A DNA stretch of 64,000 bases, taken from sequence record OR062945.1. One strand, given 5' to 3'. This DNA comes from Escherichia phage 308Ecol101PP. The position numbers and the translations under genes are program-made. This document shows, in pieces, positions 44,636 to 53,544 of the stretch. Numbering within the stretch: the first letter of the stretch is position 1; the number at the start of each line of letters is the position of its first letter. Below the pieces are notes generated by a model that saw nothing but the letters and a program-made list of their open reading frames with translations, had not been told where the DNA came from and ran no database searches.

Positions 44636-46453
44636 ATGATTAAAAATGAAATTAAGGTATTGTCAGATGTAGAACATATTAAGAAACGTAGTGGCATGTA
44701 TATTGGTTCTTCGGCCAAAGAAGCCCACGAGCGTTTTTTGTTTGGTAAATATCAACAAGTTGAATATGTTCCTGGTCTGGTTAAATTAATCGATGAGATT
44801 ATTGACAACTCGGTTGATGAAGCTATTCGTACATCATTTAAGTTTGCAAATAAAATCGATGTGCAAATTAAAAATAATCAAGTTTCGGTGGAAGATAACG
44901 GACGTGGTATTCCTCAAGGTTTAGTTACCGACCAAACAGGTGAACAAATTCCTGGGCCTGTAGCAGCCTGGACTATTCCAAAGGCTGGTGGTAACTTTGG
45001 TGATGACTCTGAACGCAAGACTGGCGGTATGAACGGCGTCGGGAGTAGTTTAACTAATATCTTCTCTACGTTGTTTACAGGCATAACGTCAGATGGCGAA
45101 AATGAAATCACTGTTAACTGTTCAAACGGAATGGAAAACAAATCGTGGTCTTCTAAGAAATCTAAAGGTAAAGGCACTAAAGTAATCTTCACTCCTGATT
45201 TCTCTTCGTTTGAAGAACATAATTTATCTCAAATTTATTTAGATATTACTTTAGACCGACTTCAAACATTGGCAGTCGTTTATCCTGATATCAAGTTCAC
45301 ATTTAATGGTAAAAAGGTTGATGGTAATTTTAAACGATTTGCTAAACAATTTGGCGAAGATAACATCATTCAAGAAAATGATAAAGTCTCTATAGCATTC
45401 ACAACATCACCAGATGGCTTCCGTCATTTAACTTATGTGAATAACATCCATACTAAAAATGGTGGTCATCATGTTGAATGTGTAATGGATGATATCTGCG
45501 AACATCTTTTGCCGGGTATTAAAAAGAAATATAAGGGTATTGAAGTCACTAAAGCTCGTGTTAAAGAATGTCTCACAATGTTGATGTTTATTAGAGACAT
45601 GAGCAACATGCGTTTTGATTCTCAGACTAAAGAACGTTTAACGTCAACGTATGGTGATATTCGTAATCATATCCAATTGGATGCTAAGAAAATTGCTCAG
45701 GCACTTCTTAAAAACGAAGCCTTGATTATGCCTATTGTTGAAGCAGCATTAGCTCGTAAATTGGCAGCAGAAAAGGCTGCAGAAACTAAAGCAGCTAAAA
45801 AGGCAACTAAAGCTAAGGTTCATAAGCATATTAAAGCTAACCAATGTGGTAAAGATGCAGATACGACATTGTTCTTAACAGAAGGTGATTCGGCAATTGG
45901 TTATCTCATTGATGTTCGTGACCGTGAACTACACGGCGGATTCCCATTACGTGGTAAGGTGATGAATAGCTGGGGTATGTCATATGCTGATATGATGAAG
46001 AACAAAGAGCTCTTTGATATCTGTGCTATCACAGGTCTTATTCTTGGTGAAAAGGCAGAGAACACGAACTATCGTAATATTGCAATTATGACCGATGCCG
46101 ATCATGACGGTCTTGGAAGTATTTATCCGGCTTTGCTTGCTTTCTTTAGTAATTGGCCTGAATTGTTTGAACAAGGACGTATTCGCTTTGTTAAAACGCC
46201 TGTAATTATTGCACAAATTGGCAAAACTCAAAAATGGTTTTATACTGTAGCTGAGTATGAAGAAGCTAAAGATACACTTCCTAAGCATAGTATTCGATAC
46301 ATCAAGGGATTAGGCTCCCTTGAAAAGTCAGAATATCGTGAAATGATTCAGAACCCTGTGTACGACGTAGTTAAACTTCCTGAAAATTGGAAAGAACTCT
46401 TTGAAATGTTGTTGGGTGATGATTCAGAACTTCGTAAAGAATGGATGTCCTAA
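44636..46453 (+). CDS. 39: DNA topoisomerase II large subunit, GyrB-like, unsplit (covers T4 gp39 plus gp60)
   Basis: 605 aa; N-terminal GHKL ATPase and C-terminal TOPRIM (IAIMTDADHDGLGSIYP), the part T4 encodes separately as gene 60. Confidence 0.85.
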   Translation: MIKNEIKVLSDVEHIKKRSGMYIGSSAKEAHERFLFGKYQQVEYVPGLVKLIDEIIDNSVDEAIRTSFKFANKIDVQIKNNQVSVEDNGRGIPQGLVTDQTGEQIPGPVAAWTIPKAGGNFGDDSERKTGGMNGVGSSLTNIFSTLFTGITSDGENEITVNCSNGMENKSWSSKKSKGKGTKVIFTPDFSSFEEHNLSQIYLDITLDRLQTLAVVYPDIKFTFNGKKVDGNFKRFAKQFGEDNIIQENDKVSIAFTTSPDGFRHLTYVNNIHTKNGGHHVECVMDDICEHLLPGIKKKYKGIEVTKARVKECLTMLMFIRDMSNMRFDSQTKERLTSTYGDIRNHIQLDAKKIAQALLKNEALIMPIVEAALARKLAAEKAAETKAAKKATKAKVHKHIKANQCGKDADTTLFLTEGDSAIGYLIDVRDRELHGGFPLRGKVMNSWGMSYADMMKNKELFDICAITGLILGEKAENTNYRNIAIMTDADHDGLGSIYPALLAFFSNWPELFEQGRIRFVKTPVIIAQIGKTQKWFYTVAEYEEAKDTLPKHSIRYIKGLGSLEKSEYREMIQNPVYDVVKLPENWKELFEMLLGDDSELRKEWMS

Positions 46454-46495
46454 GCTCCTTCTGGAGCTTCATTTTAATTTTAATAAGGCTTAATT

Positions 46496-47596
46496 ATGAA
46501 AGTTATGTTTATCCCATCTCGCGCAGTCCCATTTAATCCTGACCGTGTACAAGGTGGTCTTGAAGCAGTACATTTAAATGTGTTGAAATATCTTGTGTCC
46601 ATCGGTGCTGATATTGATTATATCGGCTTTGATAATGACACGTTTGGTGACTGGAAAGTTACACACCATCCTGTTGGTCATCTGACTAAATTTAGTCTAG
46701 GTATGAGTTATACTATGGCTCGTAAGATTGTTGAACTAGCCGGCATCCATGAATACGATTTTGTTGTTACTATGGAACCGACTAAACTAACCGTTCAGGC
46801 AATTAAAGACGCAGGTCTCTCTAAAGTTCATAAGAATTTTATGGCAACACCATTTGAACCGGTATCTCGTGGCATTGTTCAAATTTGGGACCAGACTATT
46901 CAAATTCATAAGAATGGTGGTAAGAGTTATGCTCCTACTAAAGCCTTCCGTGAATTTGAACGCAAATATTGTTATATGACTTCAGGTCTGACTGACAAAA
47001 TTGATTATGATTATTGGCGAGCAAATCCGTTGTTTGAAGCCGAAGATTATCCGGTTATTTGTTTGAATGAGAAACCTGAAGTTCTTCCGGCGACTGATCT
47101 GATTATTAGTGCACAACGTTATGACACTAAAATGCGTCGTACTGATGTTGCTCTTGAAGCGATTAAAGCACTAGGCGAAAATGGTGTAGGATACTGTCCA
47201 AGCAAATGGGCACCACCAGCTAAATATCCTGTTATTATTGATGCTCCACACAGTGAAATCATGGAACGTCTTAAAACAGCTAAAGCGCTTATTAATACGT
47301 GTCCTGACACAGGTACGGTAGAGAATAGTTCTATTGAAGCCATCTCTAAAGGTGTCCCTGTAATCCAGTTAGTTTTTAAGGATTATCCTCATGCGACATT
47401 CGAATACGACCCAGATACTGTGCGTGTAGAAATTGATTCCTCTACTCCTAAGAAAGAAGTAGTTGCGCTTTACACAAAAGCTGTATTAGAATTCACTGAC
47501 ACATACGAAGCTCGAGTTAAACGTGCTGAAGCAGTATGGAAGAAGTATAACCGAGATGCAGTTGTTGCGATGTGGGATAAAATCTTCACAGCGTAA
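46496..47596 (+). CDS. GT-B fold glycosyltransferase (GT4-like), candidate DNA glycosyltransferase
   Basis: 366 aa; C-terminal E-x7-E-type motif VENSSIEAISKGVPVIQ typical of GT4 retaining glycosyltransferases; N-terminus MKVMFIPSRAVPFNPDRVQGG. Confidence 0.6.
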   Translation: MKVMFIPSRAVPFNPDRVQGGLEAVHLNVLKYLVSIGADIDYIGFDNDTFGDWKVTHHPVGHLTKFSLGMSYTMARKIVELAGIHEYDFVVTMEPTKLTVQAIKDAGLSKVHKNFMATPFEPVSRGIVQIWDQTIQIHKNGGKSYAPTKAFREFERKYCYMTSGLTDKIDYDYWRANPLFEAEDYPVICLNEKPEVLPATDLIISAQRYDTKMRRTDVALEAIKALGENGVGYCPSKWAPPAKYPVIIDAPHSEIMERLKTAKALINTCPDTGTVENSSIEAISKGVPVIQLVFKDYPHATFEYDPDTVRVEIDSSTPKKEVVALYTKAVLEFTDTYEARVKRAEAVWKKYNRDAVVAMWDKIFTA

Positions 47597-47612
47597 ATCC
47601 TGAATCGCCTGA

Positions 47613-47663
47613 GGCACTATTACACATAAGATGATAAATTATATGGTCTTTAGTAATAGTGCC
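47613..47663 (+). repeat. 11-bp inverted repeat with 29-nt loop between the glycosyltransferase gene and rIIA.1
   Basis: GGCACTATTAC (47613-47623) and GTAATAGTGCC (47653-47663). Confidence 0.5.
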
Positions 47664-47688
47664 CTAGGAATCTACTGAAGAGAATATT

Positions 47689-47889
47689 ATGAGAACATAT
47701 AACGTGGACTTGGAACTTTTTGATAAAGCAGTGCTCCGGGAATTCCGGCTTATCCAAAGATTTTTTGATATCGAGTCAGCAGAGTCCTTTAAAGAACGCT
47801 TTAAAGAAATTCGATATAAAATACAAACCGATACAGCTACTAAAGAAGAACTTCTTGAAGTAGCAGAAATTTTTAAACGTAACTTGTGA
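47689..47889 (+). CDS. hypothetical protein (rIIA.1 locus)
   Basis: 66-aa ORF immediately upstream of rIIA. Confidence 0.45.
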   Translation: MRTYNVDLELFDKAVLREFRLIQRFFDIESAESFKERFKEIRYKIQTDTATKEELLEVAEIFKRNL

Positions 47890-47901
47890 TGAGAGAAAAA
47901 T

Positions 47902-50115
47902 ATGATTATTGAAACGGCTAAAGAAACGATTATTGGTTCAGGCGGTAAGAGCACAGCATTTACTATTCAAGGCAATAGCAAAGTTTATAAGATTTTGTCT
48001 AATGACCTTTATACAAACAAAGAATTGGCTTGTGTACGTGAATTAATCACAAACTGTATTGATGGGCAAATTCTTAATGGTTGCACTGATAAGTTTATTG
48101 TTCAGGCTCCAGGTCGTTTAGACCCACGTTTTGTAGTTCGTGATTTTGGACCTGGTATGAGTGATTTCACTATTCGTGGTAATGACGAAGAGCCAGGAAT
48201 TTATAACTCATATTTTGCTTCAACTAAAACATCGAGTAACGATTTCATTGGTGGATTCGGACTCGGCTCTAAAGCTCCATTAGCATATACTGATACGTTT
48301 AACCTTACGTCTTATCATAATGGTGAAGTTCGTGGTTACGTAATCTACCAAGATGACACAGGTCCACAGATTAAGCCGACCTTTGTAGATAAGATGGGTC
48401 CTGATGACCGTACGGGTGTAGAAGTAGTTGTACCGGTTAACCCGGAAGATTTTGAAAAGTTTGCATCCGAAATTGCATATGTTATGCGTCCTCTAGGTGA
48501 TATTGCAGAAGTTCGTGGTGTTAAAGATATTAAATACTTCCCAGAATTTGATGATGTATATTTGGCCAAGGAAGCTCCATGGGGTGAACGTGGTAATATC
48601 ATGGCTGTTTATGGCGGTATTGTATATCCAATCGGAAGTGTTATTAAAGAACAAACATGGATGATGACACGATGCACTACAGCTTATATTAAATTCCCAA
48701 TGGGTGAACTAGATGTTGCTCCGTCTCGCGAAGCATTGTCATTTGATAAACGTACAGTAGCAAATATCCATAAACGCGTTGCAGAAATCGATGCTAAATT
48801 GTTCGCTGAAGATTCTAAGAAATGGATTGATTGTAAATACCCACGACATGTGTTCCGCGAAATTGATTCTCTTGGCTATACCGCTCGTAAATACATGGAA
48901 AAGGCCGGGTCTAATATTGAATCACTGAAATACTCTAAAGAACAACTAACTTATTCTGAGTTGTACAAACGTTTTAAAATGGGACCTGAGTGGTGTAATC
49001 TTGGTGTCGTATACGATATCGTTGAATCCCCTCGTCTTCGTCGTATTCGTGAAAGTGGTAGCTCATCATCAACCATTTCAATTAACAGCCTGATTGGCAT
49101 TAACATTAAAAACGTTGAAATTGTTATTGACGATGTTAAGGGACGCGTTCCATTAATGCGAGCTCTTAATTCAATTGAAATGTCTAAAGACGAGGTTAAA
49201 TTATCCGGTAAAGTTCCACGCGGTTTTGGTAAAAGCGTACTATTCGTTGACCCTACAGACGAAGATGCAATGAAACTTCTGGAACGCCTTAAAGTTATCT
49301 TTGATGGCGACAACATTAACATGTACAAGACTTCAGAGCTTTTACAAATCGTTAAGCCATGGATTGAAGTCAGGAAACGGACTAATGAGCCTCGTCCTAA
49401 ATCCCCGAGTGCTCATCGATTCTTTAAGAATGAAAACGATGTTTGGGTATCAGAAGACCTCTTTATTCCGGCAAGTGAAGCAGATGAAATCCAAGGTTAT
49501 GCTATAGTTCGTAATCGTTCTAATGCTGAATGTCTTGACGCAGATAAAGGTTGGTTGAACTATGACTCCAATTTCTTGACCCGTATTGCTGATTTGTCAG
49601 GTATTAAAGAGTTCACTGTAGTTCGTCCACAGATTGCTAAGAAAGTTCGTAAACTTGGTGAAGTAGAATGCTTGTTCGAAAAATCAATTAATGACTATAT
49701 TACGCTAATTGATAAAGTGGATTATGATGAGTATGTATCACCAAGTCGTAGAGCACAGCCTTATTTGAATCATATTACTCGTAACGAAGAGCTTAACTTC
49801 CTTAGTAAGTATTTTAGCTCTAAGAACAAAGAAATCAGTAAAGACTTTGCAAAACTCTCAACAGTAAATAATCGTTGGGGATGGAATCGATTCGCAGGTG
49901 CTACTAATACAGACCTGAATAAGAAGTTAGAATTGTGTGCTAAAATTTTCGATAAGCTTAAAGATAATGCTTACGATAATGATGATAAAATGGTTATTGA
50001 ATTCGAAACCAATTATCATATTGTGTCAGAATACATGGGACGACGTGGTACTCTTTCCAAAGAACAGGTCGCTCAAATCGTTAAATTCATGAAGGCCGTG
50101 GAAGCGGCCAAATAA
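47902..50115 (+). CDS. rIIA: rIIA protein
   Basis: 737 aa (T4 rIIA about 725 aa), N-terminal ATPase-like region, position upstream of rIIB. Confidence 0.8.
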   Translation: MIIETAKETIIGSGGKSTAFTIQGNSKVYKILSNDLYTNKELACVRELITNCIDGQILNGCTDKFIVQAPGRLDPRFVVRDFGPGMSDFTIRGNDEEPGIYNSYFASTKTSSNDFIGGFGLGSKAPLAYTDTFNLTSYHNGEVRGYVIYQDDTGPQIKPTFVDKMGPDDRTGVEVVVPVNPEDFEKFASEIAYVMRPLGDIAEVRGVKDIKYFPEFDDVYLAKEAPWGERGNIMAVYGGIVYPIGSVIKEQTWMMTRCTTAYIKFPMGELDVAPSREALSFDKRTVANIHKRVAEIDAKLFAEDSKKWIDCKYPRHVFREIDSLGYTARKYMEKAGSNIESLKYSKEQLTYSELYKRFKMGPEWCNLGVVYDIVESPRLRRIRESGSSSSTISINSLIGINIKNVEIVIDDVKGRVPLMRALNSIEMSKDEVKLSGKVPRGFGKSVLFVDPTDEDAMKLLERLKVIFDGDNINMYKTSELLQIVKPWIEVRKRTNEPRPKSPSAHRFFKNENDVWVSEDLFIPASEADEIQGYAIVRNRSNAECLDADKGWLNYDSNFLTRIADLSGIKEFTVVRPQIAKKVRKLGEVECLFEKSINDYITLIDKVDYDEYVSPSRRAQPYLNHITRNEELNFLSKYFSSKNKEISKDFAKLSTVNNRWGWNRFAGATNTDLNKKLELCAKIFDKLKDNAYDNDDKMVIEFETNYHIVSEYMGRRGTLSKEQVAQIVKFMKAVEAAK

Positions 50116-50124
50116 GGAAACATT

Positions 50125-51072
50125 ATGTACAATATTAAATGCTTGTCCCAAGAAGAACAGTTAGAAGCTTACGGCCTGGTTGAATCAGGCAAATGGACTC
50201 GTAAAGAAATTGCCGATTACTTCGACATTTCAACAGATACTCTTCGTAAGATTGTTAAGAATTTTAAAGCAGAAGGCGTTGTCCCTGAAGCAAACGATGC
50301 CTCTTATGTAATCGAAGAAGTTCCAGAAAATGATGAACCTATTATCGGCGGACATCGTCCTGAAATCGTATGGAACGCGTCATCTAAATTTATTTCAATT
50401 ATTGAAGGACGCGTAGCATACAATGCGACTCCATCAAGTCATGCAAATTTTGAAGAAATTAAAGCTAATCTGGTCGCAGGAAACCTTAGTAAAGCTGTCG
50501 AACTTATTAACATCAAGAAAGCTATTAGTAAGTTTGTTGACGGTAATGTTGTTATTGAAGGTGGTAGTTTATTTTATCAAGGTATAGAGATTCGTTCTGG
50601 CCTGGTTAATCGTATTATTGATTCTATGGAAAAAGGCGAAGACTTTAAATTCTATCTACCGTTCCTTGAAAACCTGTTAGAAAACCCAAGCGAAAAAGCT
50701 GTACAACGTTTATTCGACTTCTTGGTTGCAAATGATATTGAAATCACTGAAGATGGGCATTTCTACGCGTGGAAAGTAGTTCGTAAAGATTATTTAGATT
50801 GCTATAGCGGTACATTTGATAACTCACCAGGTAAAGTTGTTTCAATGCCTCGTACTCGTGTTAACGATGATGATACACAAACCTGCTCCCGTGGTCTACA
50901 TGTTTGCGCTAAATCGTATATTCGTTACTTTGGTTCTAGCTCAGATAAAGTTGTTAAGGTTAAAGTTCATCCACGTGATGTTGTGTCCATCCCAGTTGAC
51001 TATGGCGATGCTAAGATGCGTACTTGTCGTTATGAAGTAATTTCAGACGTTACTGAATTATTTGCAGAATAA
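50125..51072 (+). CDS. rIIB: rIIB protein
   Basis: 315 aa (T4 rIIB 312 aa), by position after rIIA. Confidence 0.75.
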   Translation: MYNIKCLSQEEQLEAYGLVESGKWTRKEIADYFDISTDTLRKIVKNFKAEGVVPEANDASYVIEEVPENDEPIIGGHRPEIVWNASSKFISIIEGRVAYNATPSSHANFEEIKANLVAGNLSKAVELINIKKAISKFVDGNVVIEGGSLFYQGIEIRSGLVNRIIDSMEKGEDFKFYLPFLENLLENPSEKAVQRLFDFLVANDIEITEDGHFYAWKVVRKDYLDCYSGTFDNSPGKVVSMPRTRVNDDDTQTCSRGLHVCAKSYIRYFGSSSDKVVKVKVHPRDVVSIPVDYGDAKMRTCRYEVISDVTELFAE

Positions 51073-51077
51073 TAATT

Positions 51078-51100
51078 GGGGACTTCGGTCCCCTTTTTTT
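51078..51100 (+). terminator. rho-independent terminator (UUCG tetraloop) after rIIB
   Basis: GGGGAC-TTCG-GTCCCC followed by T7. Confidence 0.7.
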
Positions 51101-51114
51101 CTTTAGGGGTAATT

Positions 51115-51402
51115 ATGATTCATCCATTTGACGTATCAGAATCCAAAATTGCTAATCTTCGTGGTCATCATAAGTGTAAATCAGTTTATTGTGCTAAATT
51201 GGTAAAACATCCTGGCGATGCACACTATGGTTGGTTAGAATGCGACGAAGTTGTTATTGAAATCCCACCGGTAGATGCAGAATATCTTGAAGAAGGTGAC
51301 CGCATTTATTTTGGCGAACTACACATCAGAGGTATCTATGGTAAAGACGAACTTGGGACTGTTGAGACTGAAGAATCTTCCGACATTTATCCTGTCGAAT
51401 GA
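51115..51402 (+). CDS. hypothetical protein
   Basis: Track ORF 51076 begins inside the terminator; ATG 51115 has TAGGGGTAATT upstream. Confidence 0.4.
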   Translation: MIHPFDVSESKIANLRGHHKCKSVYCAKLVKHPGDAHYGWLECDEVVIEIPPVDAEYLEEGDRIYFGELHIRGIYGKDELGTVETEESSDIYPVE

Positions 51403-51418
51403 GTTTTTGACTAGTGAA

Positions 51419-51895
51419 ATGAAGGTGAAGATTGCTGACACTGCTCGGTATTCCCTGAGCCAAAATCCTGACCAAAACAAAGAAGATGTAGTTCGACGTT
51501 GTAAGGTTGCGGTCTTTGCAGAGTATGTAGTAGCAAATTGGCTAGACGGATATGTTAATAAAGGTATTGAAGACGTAGAAGACCCGTACACGTATGCATG
51601 GGACGTGTTAGCCCATCCCAAGTATTGTGGAATTCGTGTAGAAGTCAAGACACACCAGATAGATTCTAAATGGATTTCTGTTACCACAGGATACAGTGGT
51701 GATTATCCAGGTGGCAACGGAATCAACATAGGGCCCTTCTTGAACCATCGAGTCGCAGATTGCATTATTATATTAGATGTCAAAGAAACCTCACCTGACG
51801 TCTTCTCTTATTCTATAAAGTTCGTGGGAGACCATGAAGACCTAAAGAAAATCGTCCGCAAGAGCAACTACAACGGGTGGTATCTTCAACTTTAA
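51419..51895 (+). CDS. hypothetical protein at the T4 denB position (start uncertain)
   Basis: Internal ATG of track ORF 51275..51895 after the previous stop. Confidence 0.4.
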   Translation: MKVKIADTARYSLSQNPDQNKEDVVRRCKVAVFAEYVVANWLDGYVNKGIEDVEDPYTYAWDVLAHPKYCGIRVEVKTHQIDSKWISVTTGYSGDYPGGNGINIGPFLNHRVADCIIILDVKETSPDVFSYSIKFVGDHEDLKKIVRKSNYNGWYLQL

Positions 51896-51907
51896 TTTCA
51901 TAAAAGT

Positions 51908-51937
51908 GTTTACAACTAAGTAGGACTATGATATAGT
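51908..51937 (+). promoter_or_regulatory. candidate early promoter (GTTTAC ... TATAGT) with palindromic -10 region
   Basis: 18-nt spacing; TAGGACTATGATATAGTAGTCCTA. Confidence 0.45.
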
Positions 51938-51963
51938 AGTCCTATCTAAAAGAGGATAACATC

Positions 51964-52227
51964 ATGAAATTTAAATTTTTCTACGCAAAACATAAAGTAA
52001 CAGGCGAATTTGTTTCAATGTACAACACTGCAGATGACGAAGGGATGATTTATACCCATTTGGGTCTATCTCATTGGGACTCAGACGTGCCTTATATGTC
52101 ATCTGAAGCCGAAATAACTCGTCTGGTTAATGGACATATGAACTACCATTTTAGTGTTATTCTTTCTAAAGACCTTAAAGAGGTTATCAACAAAGGATAT
52201 ATGGAACTCGCGGAAGTTGAGATATGA
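51964..52227 (+). CDS. hypothetical protein
   Basis: 87-aa ORF with AGAGGATAACATC upstream. Confidence 0.45.
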   Translation: MKFKFFYAKHKVTGEFVSMYNTADDEGMIYTHLGLSHWDSDVPYMSSEAEITRLVNGHMNYHFSVILSKDLKEVINKGYMELAEVEI

Positions 52228-52419
52228 GCTCTAAAATGTGGATCGGAATATGGTTGCTTAGTATCCCTATGATTTGTATAGTATTTTCAATTGTATTGAG
52301 GTACTTATGAAAAATGCACTTATTATTGTACTAAGAACAATTTGTGATACGGGTTTTTACATCGCATGTTCGTTCACTGGATCATGGTTGGCTTTAACAT
52401 ATTTTAATGTAATTTAATT

Positions 52420-52449
52420 GTTTACAACAAGGTAGGATTATGGTATAGT
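52420..52449 (+). promoter_or_regulatory. candidate early promoter (GTTTAC ... TATAGT)
   Basis: 18-nt spacing; GTAGGA/TCCTAC palindrome. Confidence 0.45.
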
Positions 52450-52477
52450 AGTCCTACTGAAACATGAGGAACACAAA

Positions 52478-52678
52478 ATGGCTAAGCTTTTTAAAGATGT
52501 TGAAATTGGTGAAAAATTTGTTCTGAATAATGGTCAGCAGCTTATTCGTGTAGCTTCTATCGCCGGACAAACTCATAACTGTATCGCCACAACGTGTTGG
52601 ACTCGATTCTTTATTGAAGATGACACTGAATGTTTAACTATTGAAGAGCTTTTTGAACGTTCTGATATAGCCGAATAA
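52478..52678 (+). CDS. hypothetical protein
   Basis: 66-aa ORF with GAGGAACACAAA upstream. Confidence 0.45.
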   Translation: MAKLFKDVEIGEKFVLNNGQQLIRVASIAGQTHNCIATTCWTRFFIEDDTECLTIEELFERSDIAE

Positions 52679-52680
52679 AA

Positions 52681-52716
52681 TTGTACAAACTCTTGAGAGC
52701 AGAGTATAATGCTCTC
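52681..52716 (+). promoter_or_regulatory. candidate promoter (TTGTAC, 18 nt, TATAAT) with GAGAGC/GCTCTC inverted repeat; copy of the 7399 element
   Basis: 33 nt near-identical to 7402-7434. Confidence 0.45.
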
Positions 52717-52754
52717 ATGGATTACAAAAACATTAATCAATTGAGGAAATTAGC

Positions 52755-53201
52755 ATGTCCAAATATTTAACTCGTAAAGACCTTCTGGCAGTTGGCGGTG
52801 AAGTTGTTGCAGTAGTTCGTAATGGCGAATACGGTTCTGAAGTTTCTAAAGAGTTTCGTTCTCGTGAAGGTTTTTACTTCTTTGTTAAAGGTTCATCTGA
52901 CTGGCGTCAAGTTGCAGCACGATTCTTTGTAGGACGTCAACGTTCTAAACAAGGGTTGGATGCAATTCTTTCTCACATTCGTCAAGGCCGTTCGCAACTA
53001 GCCCGTACTATGGGCACTAACAATATTGAATATGATGTAATCTTTGTTGCAGCTAAGAACATGAAACCCCTGACTACTGGTTATGGTAAAGGACAATTGG
53101 CTCTGGCATTCACTCGCAATCATACATCAGAATATCAAACACTCACTGAAATGAACCGTCTTCTGGCAGATAATTTCAAATTCGTTCTGCAGAGTTACTA
53201 A
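52755..53201 (+). CDS. ndd: nucleoid disruption protein Ndd
   Basis: 148 aa with [13 protein letters not shown]...[14 protein letters not shown]...[13 protein letters not shown]...[12 protein letters not shown]; matches T4 Ndd from memory. Confidence 0.75.
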   Translation: MSKYLTRKDLLAVGGEVVAVVRNGEYGSEVSKEFRSREGFYFFVKGSSDWRQVAARFFVGRQRSKQGLDAILSHIRQGRSQLARTMGTNNIEYDVIFVAAKNMKPLTTGYGKGQLALAFTRNHTSEYQTLTEMNRLLADNFKFVLQSY

Positions 53202-53209
53202 TTTATACG

Positions 53210-53240
53210 GGCCTATTAAGTTAGGCCTTTAATTTATTTT
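53210..53240 (+). terminator. rho-independent terminator after ndd
   Basis: GGCCTA-TTAAGT-TAGGCC followed by a T-rich tract. Confidence 0.5.
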
Positions 53241-53253
53241 TGAGGTAATTAAA

Positions 53254-53403
53254 ATGGTAGCATGGATTATTGCATTGCTGTGTTGGTCGTTTTTATTCGT
53301 TAACACTTTAGTTACAGGCGAAACAACAGTATTTCAACAGGCTGTGTCACAAGGTACCTTAGCGGTCTTAGCTCTTCTTAACGTATTAAAAGGCGAGCAA
53401 TGA
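53254..53403 (+). CDS. hypothetical small membrane protein (49 aa, not in ORF track)
   Basis: Hand-translated, hydrophobic; GAGGTAATT upstream. Confidence 0.35.
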   Translation: MVAWIIALLCWSFLFVNTLVTGETTVFQQAVSQGTLAVLALLNVLKGEQ

Positions 53404-53540
53404 TTAAGAAAATCTTAGCAGGAGCCTTCGGGCTCTTGTTTTTGCTTACGGTTCTGTACTACGGTGTGATGTTTGGGCTAATCCAAGTAGTGCTTTTCAT
53501 TTCAGATGTTATAATGGTTATTCGTTCATTAATATGGTGA
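53400..53540 (+). CDS. hypothetical small membrane protein (46 aa, not in ORF track)
   Basis: Hand-translated, hydrophobic; ATGA overlap with previous. Confidence 0.35.
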   Translation: MIKKILAGAFGLLFLLTVLYYGVMFGLIQVVLFISDVIMVIRSLIW

Positions 53541-53544
53541 AAAT

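Noticed and set aside
44636-46453. Gene 60-type 50-nt translational bypass element
   Set aside because: The topoisomerase subunit is encoded by one uninterrupted frame; no take-off/landing codon pair with an intervening stop-containing gap is present.
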